A DNA stretch of 63,341 nucleotides, filler included, from Candidatus Woesearchaeota archaeon CG1_02_57_44 (GTDB taxonomy: Archaea > Nanobdellota > Nanobdellia > Woesearchaeales > CG1-02-57-44), in the NCBI GenBank assembly GCA_001871415.1. It is 4 parts of 4 records of this genome, joined end to end, with 100 filler letters (N's around TTAATTAATTAA, not from the genome) between each part and the next. Parts side by side here need not be neighbours in the genome. Positions count along the whole stretch, not along the records: positions 25,878 to 51,495 come from MNWW01000043.1; 3 more parts are not named here. One strand, given 5' to 3'. Position numbers and translations under genes: made by a program. The first letter of the stretch is position 1. Each line of letters opens with the position of its first letter. The notes beneath the pieces are model-generated. The model made no database searches. It saw only the letters and a program-made list of their open reading frames with translations, and was not told the origin of the DNA. Positions 27,962 to 38,706 of this stretch are shown here, one piece after another.

Positions 27962-28700
27962 ACTTGATCAATACCTGATTGAACCCAAAGACCTTGTAAT
28001 TCTCATAGTGCTCTTTTTCCTCGGGATGAATCTCTGTCACATGCTGCACACCCATCTCCTGGCGTGTCGACTCCTCGATGATGCGCTCGGCGCGCTGGTA
28101 ATCATCGGGCAATTCAGCTTCCCGCTCAGCGACATGGTAATAGGTGAAGCTATCAGAGTCCGACTGGTAGGTGAAGGCACGAACATAGGACTGCTCGAAT
28201 GATGTCAAACCAGTATATGATGTTTGCTGCTCAACCATCCTGCCATAGATGACTTGTATGCCTGTGTCGATATCCAATAGCGCCTCAGTCAGAGCATCCA
28301 GGATGTGCTCGAGCCCGTCGTCAAGAGTACAATCAAGCTGCTTCTTTTGCCCGGTTCTTGATAATGAAGACCGCGAGACCTTGTCGAGCGCTGAAGCATC
28401 GGACTTGGTAGCTACACCCTGTCTCTCGACTCGCCTGTTGGTCGCTACGCGATTTTCTGACCCAGGACCGGTAAAGACCACACCCCCCCGAGTACGCATC
28501 GTCTGTGCTAGAAGAGCCAACTCCAACAGCGGCAGACTCATAGCATCAGGATCACCCTCATCAGCCTTCTGCCCCTTCGCAGAGATCCTGCTGACCATCG
28601 TGTCAAAGAGCAGAAGCTCGATGCCATCCGGTTGTTCCGCGCGTACGCTCTGCACAACACGCTGGTTCGCTTCCACTGACCCCGCATCGCCGTTGGACAT
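27876..28700 (-). CDS. Hypothetical protein
   Basis: Long ORF with protein-like composition, divergent promoter TTTATAA. Confidence 0.6.
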   Translation of the reverse strand: MSNGDAGSVEANQRVVQSVRAEQPDGIELLLFDTMVSRISAKGQKADEGDPDAMSLPLLELALLAQTMRTRGGVVFTGPGSENRVATNRRVERQGVATKSDASALDKVSRSSLSRTGQKKQLDCTLDDGLEHILDALTEALLDIDTGIQVIYGRMVEQQTSYTGLTSFEQSYVRAFTYQSDSDSFTYYHVAEREAELPDDYQRAERIIEESTRQEMGVQHVTEIHPEEKEHYENYKVFGFNQVLIKFKRLLASYNQIRSEELGIHPHQTPVYLM

Positions 28701-28749
28701 GATATCCAACGCTGGGCAGGAAAGGATTATAAATCCTTCGCCCCTGTCA

Positions 28750-29271
28750 ATGCCTATGCCAGGCATCCCTCAGTATACGTCGCTTGATATTGCCGCAGCC
28801 CACCAACTCCTCACCTGGACACGCATGAGCCGTGGATCGCTCTGCCAGGAGCTAGGGCTTGGTGAAGGAACGGTCAAATCCATACTCACCACGCTCAAGA
28901 AACAGGGAACAATAAGCGCGACACGACAGGGCCATTTCGCGCTGCGAAAACCAAGGATCGCCTGCCAGATACTCAAGCTCAGTTTCGCGCAGGAACCTGC
29001 ATGCGCATGCAAAACCAAGACCGACTTGCAGCCCCTGCTCGCCAGAGACAGGGCCATCCGCGCTGGCGCCACTGGCGCGCTCGCCTTGCATCAACTGCAG
29101 CCTCTGCAGGTCCCGGGAGATGCTGATTTCGCGAAACGACAGGCCGATGATTACGATGCGCTACGATTATGCATGCCGCTGAAGCCAGGAGAATGGCTGT
29201 TCGTCTGCTGGGCGCCGACGCTTGGCAGCGCGCTTCGGGGTTGCTTTGCCGGAGGTGGTCACTATGCCTGA
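28750..29271 (+). CDS. Winged-HTH protein (DUF4443/DUF2111-like)
   Basis: MSRGSLCQELGLGEGTVKSILTTLK...RQGH; ARDRAIRAGATGA. Confidence 0.7.
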   Translation: MPMPGIPQYTSLDIAAAHQLLTWTRMSRGSLCQELGLGEGTVKSILTTLKKQGTISATRQGHFALRKPRIACQILKLSFAQEPACACKTKTDLQPLLARDRAIRAGATGALALHQLQPLQVPGDADFAKRQADDYDALRLCMPLKPGEWLFVCWAPTLGSALRGCFAGGGHYA

Positions 29272-29626
29272 TGACACGCGGGCGGTGCTGGACGCGGTCC
29301 GCAAGCGCACCGAGAGCATGGAAGCCAAGCAGTCCGACATAGACAAGGACCTCGACAGTGTTGAGCATCGCTGGGCCCAGGAACAGGACCAGCTCGCTTA
29401 CGATCTCACCATGCTGCAGACGCAGCTCAAGAGCATCACTGCGGAACTTGTGCTCACACGGGAAGCCTTCGCGGGCGTCATCAACCAACTGCAGCGCACG
29501 GCGCGCAACCAGGAAGTGACTCGTATCACGAGCACGGTTGAATCGTGGAACCCTGAGTTCAAGGCCAGCAGGACCTGGATAGAACAACGCACGAGACAAT
29601 TGCTTGATGAGCAGCGCCAACGATAG
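29264..29626 (+). CDS. Hypothetical coiled-coil protein
   Basis: GGAGGTGG SD before MPDDTR; heptads. Confidence 0.7.
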   Translation: MPDDTRAVLDAVRKRTESMEAKQSDIDKDLDSVEHRWAQEQDQLAYDLTMLQTQLKSITAELVLTREAFAGVINQLQRTARNQEVTRITSTVESWNPEFKASRTWIEQRTRQLLDEQRQR

Positions 29627-29759
29627 CACCCTTTCTTGCGCGAAACATTCTCAGATGACCCGACTCCCCTAGCCATGCTCGCACGCACATCAAGCCGCGG
29701 AAAAGGATGGACCATAGGTCAGAAAGACAAAACAGAAAGGAGCCGCGAACACGCGGCAA

Positions 29760-30482
29760 TCACTTCTTCGGAGCTTCCTTCTTCTCCTCATCCTTGGGAA
29801 TGAACTCGTCGATTATCTGCTCAGGGATGTGCAACTCCTGCATGCGCTTTCGGATCTCCTTTGCCGGCTTGCCCTTCATCTCCTCGGCAGTCGCCTTGGC
29901 CAGATTCTCATGATCGACCCGCTTCTTTTCAAGCTCTTCCTTCAGGTGCTTTTGCTCTACCTCAAGCTCCTTGAGCTCATCCACGCTCAGCTCAGTCTTT
30001 TCCGAAGCTATCTTTTTATCGTACTTGCCCGCCCTAATCTCGGCTATCGCCTTTGGCGCAGGCATACCCTCGACCATGACACCCATGCTCTGGCAGGTGC
30101 CCACAATCTCAAGCACCTTCGCCTTTCTGGTCGCGCCGAGTAGCGCTGTATCTTTCATCTGGGAGATCTTGATGACTTGCTCAATCTTCAGGTCCCCGAC
30201 CAAATCCTGGTTCGGGCGGCCTGAACCTTTCTGGATCCCAACTTCCTTGATGATGAGCTGAGATGCCGGCGGCGTACCGACGACGATAGAGAACTGCTTG
30301 GTGTCCATGTCGACCGTGACCTTGACAGGCACGCTCATGCCTTTGAAAGCCGCGGTCACCTTGTTGATGTCAGCTACGACCTGACCGATGTTCACACCCA
30401 GTGGACCCAACGCAGGGCCAAGCGGCGGTGCGGCAGTCGCCTGCCCGCCGTTGACGAGCGTCTCTACAACTTGTGATGGCAT
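29760..30482 (-). CDS. rpl11: 50S ribosomal protein uL11 with C-terminal extension
   Basis: GGQATAAPPLGPALGPLG, GTPPAS, GTCQSMGV. Confidence 0.95.
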   Translation of the reverse strand: MPSQVVETLVNGGQATAAPPLGPALGPLGVNIGQVVADINKVTAAFKGMSVPVKVTVDMDTKQFSIVVGTPPASQLIIKEVGIQKGSGRPNQDLVGDLKIEQVIKISQMKDTALLGATRKAKVLEIVGTCQSMGVMVEGMPAPKAIAEIRAGKYDKKIASEKTELSVDELKELEVEQKHLKEELEKKRVDHENLAKATAEEMKGKPAKEIRKRMQELHIPEQIIDEFIPKDEEKKEAPKK

Positions 30483-30583
30483 GCATCGCGAAGAAAAGGG
30501 ATTGGTTTAAAAGGTTTGCGGGTGCGATCATTCACCAGGTCGCATACCCTGAACAATCCGGCTCAAGTGCATCACAGGTCTGC

Positions 30584-31156
30584 TCAATCTTCCGGAGCAC
30601 GCAGATACTGCTGCACCAGACCATCCAGATATCGCGCGTCACTATGCACCTGCGCATTTGCCACCAGGCGCGGTATACGAGGGATGGCGCACATACAGGT
30701 GGATGCACCCAGTATTGTTACCCCCACGTGCCCGTACTGCTGCCATAGCGGCATCTGCTGTCCAGGTTCTGTCGCCCCGGATGCCCACGCCACAGTGGAG
30801 GCGAGCATGCAGAGTCCAGTTCCCGCAGCAAGATAGGGAAACCACCTTGCGGCGCGCGCGGGAACGTCTGCGCTGATAGGCGCAGTCGCCAGGTCAGCTG
30901 AGGGAAACAGATGATAGATACCCTGCTCAGCAAGCGCGTCCACATCATATTCTTGCAAAGGGCCGAACGCCACACGCCAAGGCGAGCCGATGAGCTCACG
31001 CACACTGCCTGCAAGAGAAGCTTTGCTAGTCACATCCTCCAGCACTGACTGCAGCAGGGGAATCCGGACAACGTAATCAGCGAGCATGTGGGGAACATCA
31101 TGCCTCTGCGCAGAACGTAAGTCGGTGACAGCGGCTCGGATGTGGTTACGTGCCAT
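30584..31156 (-). CDS. Hypothetical membrane protein
   Basis: Two hydrophobic segments; own TATA-like TTAATTAA; sits between spt5 and rpl11. Confidence 0.55.
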   Translation of the reverse strand: MARNHIRAAVTDLRSAQRHDVPHMLADYVVRIPLLQSVLEDVTSKASLAGSVRELIGSPWRVAFGPLQEYDVDALAEQGIYHLFPSADLATAPISADVPARAARWFPYLAAGTGLCMLASTVAWASGATEPGQQMPLWQQYGHVGVTILGASTCMCAIPRIPRLVANAQVHSDARYLDGLVQQYLRAPED

Positions 31157-31373
31157 AGTCCCGTAATAATTCCGGCGACTTAATTAAGGTTTCGTCTGTA
31201 ACTACTATTTGTTAGTTACATGTCGTTCATCGGATGTAGAATGTAGGGTCTTCCGCACCCTTCAAAACCCCTCCACTAGGATGCAGATATACCTTCGAGG
31301 CGCAGAGAAACAAAAGGAAACAAGAATAGAAAAATAAAGAGGAATAGAAAAAAGTGATGCATAGCGCAGCTTT

Positions 31374-31943
31374 CTACATGGCCTCAAGCTCAGCGCCTTC
31401 AGCATTGTCGCGGCGCACGACCTTGATGGCGTCCATCTTCACGGTGATAGGAATAGGCACCGCGGCTTCCAAAAGCTCCACGACGGCCTCTTCCTTGCCG
31501 TGGTCAATACGCGTGACCTTCGCCTGCTCACGTTTGAACGGACCGGAGATGATCTCCACCACATCATTCTTACGGATGTTCATCTGCACCTTGACCTGCT
31601 CAAGCATGTACTCAATCTCCTTGTACTCTACGGGCTTTGCCAGGATACCACGCGCATAGGGCACGTCATAGCATGCCTGCTCAGCGTCGACCTTGCTCGC
31701 GGCCTCGATGAAGATGTAACCGCGCATGCCATGCGGGCGGATGATGCTGAAGACCGCCATCTTCTTGCGGGAGACATTGCTGACCACGAAGTCCATGACC
31801 TGGTCCTCGCGATTAGCGGTCGTGCGCAATGAGAATATCTCTGTGTCTGGCTTGGGCCCTTCCTGAGCAACAATCTCAGGCGCCTCTTCCTTGGTCTCTT
31901 TCCAGAGATCCTCAACAGTCAGGTCATCGTCTTCCATGAGCAT
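31374..31943 (-). CDS. spt5: Transcription elongation factor Spt5 (NusG)
   Basis: RTTANRE, RGYIFIEA, VEIISGPFKRE KOW motif, AAVPIPITV. Confidence 0.95.
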   Translation of the reverse strand: MLMEDDDLTVEDLWKETKEEAPEIVAQEGPKPDTEIFSLRTTANREDQVMDFVVSNVSRKKMAVFSIIRPHGMRGYIFIEAASKVDAEQACYDVPYARGILAKPVEYKEIEYMLEQVKVQMNIRKNDVVEIISGPFKREQAKVTRIDHGKEEAVVELLEAAVPIPITVKMDAIKVVRRDNAEGAELEAM

Positions 31944-32140
31944 CACGCGGGCCTGAGCCCCAATAGTATTGTGGCCAGCAGGATGAGGAACCCTATCATG
32001 CCGATCGCCAGCATACCAATGCCCGTCACCTTGACAATGGTGGCATATTCCTCCTTGTCTGGCTTCTTGGTCACCATCAGCACCCTGCGGCTCTCGCTGA
32101 AGAACCGCTGCAATGCCATGCGCCAATTAGCTACTGCCAT
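31943..32140 (-). CDS. secE: Protein translocase SecE/Sec61-gamma
   Basis: RVLMVTKKPDKEEY...GIGMLAIGMIGF; conserved ftsZ-secE-spt5 order. Confidence 0.92.
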   Translation of the reverse strand: MAVANWRMALQRFFSESRRVLMVTKKPDKEEYATIVKVTGIGMLAIGMIGFLILLATILLGLRPA

Positions 32141-32145
32141 TTATA

Positions 32146-33420
32146 TCAGTCCACGAACTCAATACCGAGCTCGTTTTCCATGTTCTTTCGTTTCTTCACT
32201 GGCTGGTTTCTGGTGCTCCCCGTAATCTGGGAACTGTGCACACCCGTGATGATAAGCAGGACCCTTATAGCTTTTTGCATGTCCTCATTTACCTGGGCCC
32301 CCCAGATGATGCGCGCTTCCGGGTCGACCTTGGCGCTCACGGCCTCCACAATGCTGCGGGCCTCCTCGAGCGTCAAATCCATGCCACCGGTGATATTGAT
32401 GAGCGCGCCGTTCGCGCCGGAGATGTCGACATCAAGCATGGGATTGCCGATGGCCTTCTCCACTGCTTCAAGAGCACGGTTCTCGGTATCAGACTCGCCG
32501 ACGCCGATGAGCGCGACCCCGCCGTTGCCCATGACCGTCTTGATATCAGCAAAGTCAAGATTGACCAGTCCTGGCCGCGTCACGAGCTCTGCGATGCCCT
32601 TGACCGCGTTGGTCAGGATTTCGTCCGCGACCTTGAATGCCGTATGAATTGGCAGGTCAGGAGCCAGCAACAACAACTTGTCATTTGGAATGACAATGAG
32701 CGTATCCACGGTCTTTTCCATACGCTCCAAGCCAAGGGACGCGTTCTCATAACGCCTGGTGCCTTCCATGGCAAAGGGCATGGTGACAATACCTACGGTC
32801 AGTGCGCCTTGCTTGCGCGCGATCTCCGCGACAATCGGCGCTGACCCCGTTCCTGTCCCGCCGCCAAGGCCCGCGGTGACGAATACCAGGTCCGAGCCCT
32901 GGATGACGCTCTTTATTTCCGCCTCAGTCTCCCGGGCAGCTTCCTCGCCAATCTTGGGAATGGAACCTGCGCCAAGTCCTTTGGTCAGTTCCCTGCCGAT
33001 GAGAATTTTCTTATCACAGGTAGTGTAGAGCAGATCCTGCGCGTCAGTGTTGATAGCGATAGTCTCAGCGCCAGCGACACCCACTTCGGTGATGCGCGTT
33101 ATGGTGTTATTGCCCGCGCCACCGCAACCGACCACCTTGATACTAGCGGTCTGCTGGCTGAGCAATGATTCAAGTTCAGCGTCCAGGACGTTAGACAGCC
33201 GATGATGGGCCACCTTAGGATTCAAAGGTTTTGCCGCCGTAGCCGCAATACCTGCAGAGCCTGTGCTGACCGTAGCAGTCTGCGCAGTAATATTTCCCAT
33301 AGAGCCCATGGTGTGTGACACTGAAGGCGTTGCTGCTATTGTCTGTGTCGGCCGTGCCAAATCGCCAGCTACAGCTGCCGGATACGCTTTTTCAACTGGC
33401 TTGCTAGATTCCCATTCCAT
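32146..33420 (-). CDS. ftsZ: Cell division protein FtsZ (FtsZ1 type)
   Basis: [26 protein letters not shown]-terminal LGIEFV. Confidence 0.97.
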   Translation of the reverse strand: MEWESSKPVEKAYPAAVAGDLARPTQTIAATPSVSHTMGSMGNITAQTATVSTGSAGIAATAAKPLNPKVAHHRLSNVLDAELESLLSQQTASIKVVGCGGAGNNTITRITEVGVAGAETIAINTDAQDLLYTTCDKKILIGRELTKGLGAGSIPKIGEEAARETEAEIKSVIQGSDLVFVTAGLGGGTGTGSAPIVAEIARKQGALTVGIVTMPFAMEGTRRYENASLGLERMEKTVDTLIVIPNDKLLLLAPDLPIHTAFKVADEILTNAVKGIAELVTRPGLVNLDFADIKTVMGNGGVALIGVGESDTENRALEAVEKAIGNPMLDVDISGANGALINITGGMDLTLEEARSIVEAVSAKVDPEARIIWGAQVNEDMQKAIRVLLIITGVHSSQITGSTRNQPVKKRKNMENELGIEFVD

Positions 33421-33454
33421 TTTGGCCTGTGAATACCCCGGATTTCTTATAATT

Positions 33455-33844
33455 TTAGGCCGATTCCGCGGACGAATCCTTGGCTTCTGCCTGCGCCAAC
33501 GGGGCCTTGCCCTCTTTGAGCACCTTCAGGTTCACAGCGGCAGTGGTCGGGCCGATGATGTTGCCTGCCACGGTCTTGCGCACACGCTGACCAGGCCGCA
33601 CCTTCTGGATGCCTATACCGCGGACAGAGAAAATCTTTTTGAGCCCCTCACCCGCGGCGTCACGGCGCAGCGGAAATCCCGCGCTCGTGCTGCCACCGGT
33701 GATCTGCAGCTCATAACCGGTGAGGTCGATAAGCTCGCCCTTGATCGAATCGCCAATGCGCTTGCCATGCAGAGCGGACGCGGCCTGTTCTGGTAACTCG
33801 CGCATATGGTTATTGCCGTCCTTTGTTGAGATGACTGCTTTCAT
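33455..33844 (-). CDS. rps6e: 30S ribosomal protein eS6
   Basis: GYELQITGG...[18 protein letters not shown] overlap with rpl37e. Confidence 0.93.
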   Translation of the reverse strand: MKAVISTKDGNNHMRELPEQAASALHGKRIGDSIKGELIDLTGYELQITGGSTSAGFPLRRDAAGEGLKKIFSVRGIGIQKVRPGQRVRKTVAGNIIGPTTAAVNLKVLKEGKAPLAQAEAKDSSAESA

Positions 33845-34005
33845 TTGCTCACCCACGTGTATGTGCGAAGTCTTGTCGACTTACCATAGCCGCAGCTGGC
33901 GCAGACGCGCGTGCTGACGTGATAAGCCGACTTACCGCACCTACGGCATTTGATATGCGAGCGCTTCGCGGAGCGCTTGCCCATTGATGGTGTTCCCTTA
34001 CCCAT
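33841..34005 (-). CDS. rpl37e: 50S ribosomal protein eL37 (not in ORF track)
   Basis: [54 protein letters not shown]. Confidence 0.95.
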   Translation of the reverse strand: MGKGTPSMGKRSAKRSHIKCRRCGKSAYHVSTRVCASCGYGKSTRLRTYTWVSK

Positions 34006-34068
34006 TGTGTTCCCTTCATTGCCGCCTGGTTATGCAGGCGGCCAATAAACCTTGTTGACCTTGTTGGC

Positions 34069-34293
34069 CTAGCTCGGGTTTATCATGATGATGGTATCCC
34101 CGCGGATAAAGACATTGCCCAGCTTGCGTTTGAGCTGACCGTTCTCCGTCTCCTCGGCATCATCGAGCACGACATTGATATGAATATCAAAGGCTTTGAG
34201 CACGCCACTTAACTGGCGGCCGTTCTTCAGTTCTACCATCACTCGCTTATCACGAGCCCGGTTGAGTGCATCTAAGGGTCTTGGCTGTTCCAT
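34069..34293 (-). CDS. Sm-like archaeal protein (Lsm/SmAP1)
   Basis: RPLDAL, GVLKAFDIHINVVL, IRGDTI; adjacent to rpl37e as is usual. Confidence 0.95.
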   Translation of the reverse strand: MEQPRPLDALNRARDKRVMVELKNGRQLSGVLKAFDIHINVVLDDAEETENGQLKRKLGNVFIRGDTIIMINPS

Positions 34294-34765
34294 GCCGTCC
34301 ACCTCGCATCCCGGCATTTATGGCCCCTTTAAAACCTTTTCGGATAAAACCCTGAGTGGACACCTAAAATAACCACAAATCAGGGAAAAAAGCTCCCTGG
34401 GACGCTAATGGGAGAAACATCCCTATTTAAGCAGCACGACCTATCACCCCCGACATATCAGCAGGCCACGTACCAGATGAACCGATGACCTGCAGGCACG
34501 ACCAGTCTGCCACACCCTGCACCCTCATCGTACCAAGCACCGAACATTTTTACTTTTTGTTTCTCCACGGTGGAAAAAAGCATAACAACAACCTTTTGCC
34601 GTCGACAATTAATGTCAGCAGCCAAACCTGCGCATAGATAAACTTTAAAAATAATTGACGAAAGATTTATAAATAATGCGGAATTCTCATTTTAAATAAT
34701 TATTGCTCATGCGCCACATATTAGGGGGCTGGCGGCCTGCAATAACGCATACTCGAGGTGATACC

Positions 34766-35689
34766 ATGGTAGGATTCATCAAGAAATGCCCAGAGTGCGG
34801 CAGCATCAACCTGTTCTTGAACCAGGACAAGGGCGAAGTCATCTGCAAGGACTGCGGCCTTGTTGTGGAAGACAAGATGGTGGACTTCTCGCAGGAATGG
34901 CGCGAATTCGACTCTGAAAGCGCTGAAAAAAGGCGCCGCACAGGCGCGCCCATGACCTATACCCAGTACGACCAAGGCCTTGGCACAGAAGTAGGCCGCA
35001 AGGCGGACCTGTACGCGCTCGGCGGAAAGGATCGCAACAAGTTCTTTAGGCTTCGCAAGTGGCAGTATCGCATCAGCACGGCAATCGAACGCAACCTCAA
35101 GCTCGCGCTCGCTGAGCTCAAGCGCGTCGCCAGCTACCTGAAGCTGCCGGCCAGTGTCGAGGAAGAGGCGGCCCGGATCTACACGCTCTCGGTGCAACGC
35201 GGCCTGGTCAGGGGCAGGAGCATGGAATCAGTCGTCGCTGGCGCGCTGTACGCCGCATGCCGGAGGCACGAAGTCCCGCGGACGCTTGATGAGCTCTCAG
35301 AAGCATCTGGTATCGAGAAAAAGGAGATAGGCAGGACCTATCGCTTTGTCACGCGCGAGCTTGGCATCACCATCCTTCCGAGCAATCCGGCAGACTACAT
35401 CCCGCGCTTCGCCAGCAGCCTCAAGCTTTCGCCAGAGACGCAGAGCAATGCTGTCGAGATCCTCGAGATGGCGCAGAAAGCGGAATTGACATCAGGCAGA
35501 GGCCCGACAGGCATCGCTGCCGCAGCGCTCTATGTCAGCGCGCTGCTGCACGGCGAGAAGCGCACCCAGCGTGAAGTCGCCGACGTAGCGGGCGTGACGG
35601 AAGTCACTATCAGGAACCGCTACAAGGAACTGCTCGACAAGCTCAAGCTGGAAAAAGAGATCAAGAAGACGCGCAAGAAGAATCCGTAA
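34766..35689 (+). CDS. tfb: Transcription initiation factor IIB
   Basis: CPECG...CKDCG Zn ribbon, EWREF, RGRS, TQREVADVAGVTEVTIRNRYKEL; GAGGTGA SD. Confidence 0.97.
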   Translation: MVGFIKKCPECGSINLFLNQDKGEVICKDCGLVVEDKMVDFSQEWREFDSESAEKRRRTGAPMTYTQYDQGLGTEVGRKADLYALGGKDRNKFFRLRKWQYRISTAIERNLKLALAELKRVASYLKLPASVEEEAARIYTLSVQRGLVRGRSMESVVAGALYAACRRHEVPRTLDELSEASGIEKKEIGRTYRFVTRELGITILPSNPADYIPRFASSLKLSPETQSNAVEILEMAQKAELTSGRGPTGIAAAALYVSALLHGEKRTQREVADVAGVTEVTIRNRYKELLDKLKLEKEIKKTRKKNP

Positions 35690-35703
35690 GCCATCTCATT
35701 ATG

Positions 35704-36972
35704 TCACACAGGGCGCAATGAAACTTTTTGCGAGTCCTTATTTTTTGGTTTTTCATCCCCTGCAGAAGGTGTTATGACCTTGCCTCGCAGCACGCTCACG
35801 CCTTCGCTTCGCAGCAATCTTTGCTTCTCTTCCATTCCTCTCGCAAAGCCACCGAGCGATCCGTCTGACTTGATGACACGATGGCAGGGCACCCAGGAAT
35901 AGGGATTCTTGGTGAGCGCGTGGCCCACCGTCCTGGGACTCGAACCAATGATCCTGGCTATCTCGCCGTACGTAGACACACTACCTTCGGGAATCTCTTT
36001 GGCCACTGCCCAGACCCTGCGCTCATGCATCGTCCCCAGGTCAAAGAGCAGGGAGCCAAGATAATCACGCATGGTCGCGTGCCCTTCACGACGAGAAAGC
36101 TTTCGCATCTCACGCACCATACGTGAACCATATTGAGCCGCCAACTTCTTTCTCCAGCAGATGTTTGCTGGCAAGCCCATATGCTCTGCGGTCATCCTGA
36201 ACACATGCTTTTGCGTGCCTTCCACAATGCGATAACGCGCTGGAACCTGCATGGCCACCTGGACGACGTTCAGCCGCAGGAACGGCGCGTGCACCCGGAC
36301 GCCGAGCGCGTCTGCGATGGCAATGTCCCGCAACAGGTCACGATGATACATGCTGAGCAGCCCCTGCCAGCACGCGTCCTCGAGATCTTCTGCCTGACGA
36401 TGCCTGCGATAGCCGGCGAAGAGCTCTTCAGAGCCAAGACCTGCCTGCACTAGCCTATACCCCTCTCGCTTCGCGGCGGCAAGGCCGACATAGGTGACCA
36501 GACCAACACTGATTCTAGTCACATCAGCGCTTTTGGTGATGGCAACGACTTTCGGTATGGTCGCTTTGAGCATCTCCTGGTCAATATCGACCACCAGCTG
36601 TCGCAGCCCTAAGGCCTTGGATGCGGCTCTCGCCTCAACGACATCCGGCGCATCCCTGGCGCCCACGGTGATAACAAAAAGGCCCCTGCCCCCCTTGTTT
36701 GCACGCCCCCATGTGCCATTGGCGAGCAACGCTATGGTTGAGCTATCGACACCGCCTGAAAAAAGAACAGGCGCAGAAATCACTGCGTGGCGAAACGCGT
36801 CAGCGATTCTTAGCGCATGCCACGCCTCATCTCGCTCCACGACGCGCACCTGCTGGCGCAACGTGAACACGGCAGCGCGATACGCGGGCCAGGATAAGAT
36901 TTTACCGTCCTGCTCGCAGAGGGATATGCTCGCAGAAACTGCCCGCGCATCTGGCAGGATGGCGTCAGCCAT
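35704..36972 (-). CDS. Asparagine-synthase-like PP-loop domain fused to MGMT/Ogt domain
   Basis: FSGGVDSS, GLGSEELFAGY, RDLLRD, KKLAAQYGS; then IPEGSVSTYGEIA...PCHRVI...GGF. Confidence 0.85.
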   Translation of the reverse strand: MADAILPDARAVSASISLCEQDGKILSWPAYRAAVFTLRQQVRVVERDEAWHALRIADAFRHAVISAPVLFSGGVDSSTIALLANGTWGRANKGGRGLFVITVGARDAPDVVEARAASKALGLRQLVVDIDQEMLKATIPKVVAITKSADVTRISVGLVTYVGLAAAKREGYRLVQAGLGSEELFAGYRRHRQAEDLEDACWQGLLSMYHRDLLRDIAIADALGVRVHAPFLRLNVVQVAMQVPARYRIVEGTQKHVFRMTAEHMGLPANICWRKKLAAQYGSRMVREMRKLSRREGHATMRDYLGSLLFDLGTMHERRVWAVAKEIPEGSVSTYGEIARIIGSSPRTVGHALTKNPYSWVPCHRVIKSDGSLGGFARGMEEKQRLLRSEGVSVLRGKVITPSAGDEKPKNKDSQKVSLRPV

Positions 36973-36974
36973 TG

Positions 36975-38492
36975 CTACTCCCACTCAATAGTCGCCGGCG
37001 GCTTGTGGGTGATATCATAGACCACCCTGTTGACCTGGGTCATCTCATTGGTGATACGCGTCGACACCTGTTCGAGGAAGTCCCAGGGAACTTTGGCGAA
37101 TTCCGCAGTCATAGCGTCGGTGCTCTTCACGAGCCGAATGCCGATGACCTGCTTGTAGCTTCGCGCGTCGCCTTGCACGCCGACGCTGCTGATGGGGAGC
37201 AGCACGCAGAAGCCCTGCCAGATGTCCTTGTAGAGGTCAGCGCCATGCATCTCTTCCTCAAGGATCGCGTTCGCGCGCGCGACGATAGCGGCACGCTCTT
37301 CTGTCGCCTCACCCAGGATACGCACCGCAAGCCCTGGCCCTGGAAACGGATGCCGCCAAACCAGCTCGTCAGGACAGCCCAACTGCAGGGCGAGCCTTCG
37401 GACCTCGTCCTTATAGAGCTCGCGCAGCGGCTCTACTATGTCCATGCCTACATTCTCCGGAAGGCCGCCGACATTATGATGGCTCTTAATCTTTGACGCA
37501 TGCGCGCTGCCGCCCGACTCGATGCGATCGGGGTAGATAGTGCCCTGAATCAGCACCCGAGCGCCTTTGGCATGCTCGCGGAACACCTCAATGAACATGC
37601 GGCCAATGGCTTTTCGTTTCTCTTCTGGATCAATGATGCCCTTAAGACCCTGATAGAAGCGCGTTCGCGCGTCGACTATATGAACATCCAGGCCCAGCGG
37701 CGCCATGGCGTCGCGCACCTCCTGCGCTTCGCCCTCCCGCATAAAACCCGTATCAACGAAAATGGCTGTTATCTGCTCAGGAGCGGCCTTTGCGGCAAGC
37801 ACTGCAGCAGTCATGCTGTCCACGCCTCCGGACAGGCCGATGACCGCCTTTCTGCCATTGAGCTTCCCAGCAAGCTCAGCGATGGCCTGCTCTGCGATGT
37901 TCTTCATGCCGAAATCCTGTTCCGTCTTGCAGATGCGCAGGAAATTCGAAAAAATCATCGAACCGCATAGCGTATGCGTGACTTCAGGGTGAAACTGGCA
38001 GCCATACAGGTTTCTTCCCTGATGCTCGTAGCAGGCGTTGCCACAGTTCTGCGTCGCGCCTGTAGCCACGAATCCCTGCCCCAGCTGCCCCACAATGTCA
38101 CCATGATTCATCCATACCTGCTCCTGCTCGCCAATGCCCTTGAGTAGTTGGCTATCCTTTGTCTTTCGAAGAGTGGCAAGACCGTATTCACGCTTGTCGC
38201 CTGCCCTGACACTGCCGCCCGTCAGATGCGCCATGAGCTGATGGCCATAGCAAAGGCCCAGAACAGGAATTCCAAGATCCAGAATGTTCTCATCCATGCC
38301 TGGCGCACCCTCCTCATAGATACTCGCCGGACCACCAGACAAGATAATGCCCCTTGGCTTTCTCGTTGCCACTTCATCCGCAGCTATGGTTGAAGGCACC
38401 ACATCAGCTGAGACCGCAAGGTCGCGGACGCGTCGGGAAATCAAATGAGCGAACTGGCTACCAAAGTCAATCACAAGGATCTGCGCGTGCAT
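36975..38492 (-). CDS. guaA: GMP synthase (glutamine-hydrolysing), single-chain
   Basis: DFGSQF, GLCYGHQ, QFHPEV, SGGVDS, IKSHHNV, RHPFPGPG, KPPATIEWE. Confidence 0.97.
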   Translation of the reverse strand: MHAQILVIDFGSQFAHLISRRVRDLAVSADVVPSTIAADEVATRKPRGIILSGGPASIYEEGAPGMDENILDLGIPVLGLCYGHQLMAHLTGGSVRAGDKREYGLATLRKTKDSQLLKGIGEQEQVWMNHGDIVGQLGQGFVATGATQNCGNACYEHQGRNLYGCQFHPEVTHTLCGSMIFSNFLRICKTEQDFGMKNIAEQAIAELAGKLNGRKAVIGLSGGVDSMTAAVLAAKAAPEQITAIFVDTGFMREGEAQEVRDAMAPLGLDVHIVDARTRFYQGLKGIIDPEEKRKAIGRMFIEVFREHAKGARVLIQGTIYPDRIESGGSAHASKIKSHHNVGGLPENVGMDIVEPLRELYKDEVRRLALQLGCPDELVWRHPFPGPGLAVRILGEATEERAAIVARANAILEEEMHGADLYKDIWQGFCVLLPISSVGVQGDARSYKQVIGIRLVKSTDAMTAEFAKVPWDFLEQVSTRITNEMTQVNRVVYDITHKPPATIEWE

Positions 38493-38706
38493 GCAGGGCA
38501 AGGAATCGTAGTGGTATAAAAGATTTGGTGCTTGCAGAAACCAGAACCTACGCAGAAACCATGCTTTTTCAAGATGATAACCGTGTCGCAGGCAGCGAAG
38601 ACCTTCGGAAAACGACTGAAGACCAGGTGCGCTTTGAAGCAGGCGTTGCACTACCCACGGCCAGAGAACACGTCACTTCCTCACTCCCTGAAGACGCGTC
38701 AACCAA

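Noticed and set aside
28249..28749. N-terminal 167 aa of ORF 28249..29271
   Set aside because: Antisense to the 27876-28700 gene; the HTH protein most likely starts at 28750/28756
31944..32126. N-terminal extension of Spt5 in the ORF track
   Set aside because: Overlaps secE in another frame; the real start is about 31943/31937
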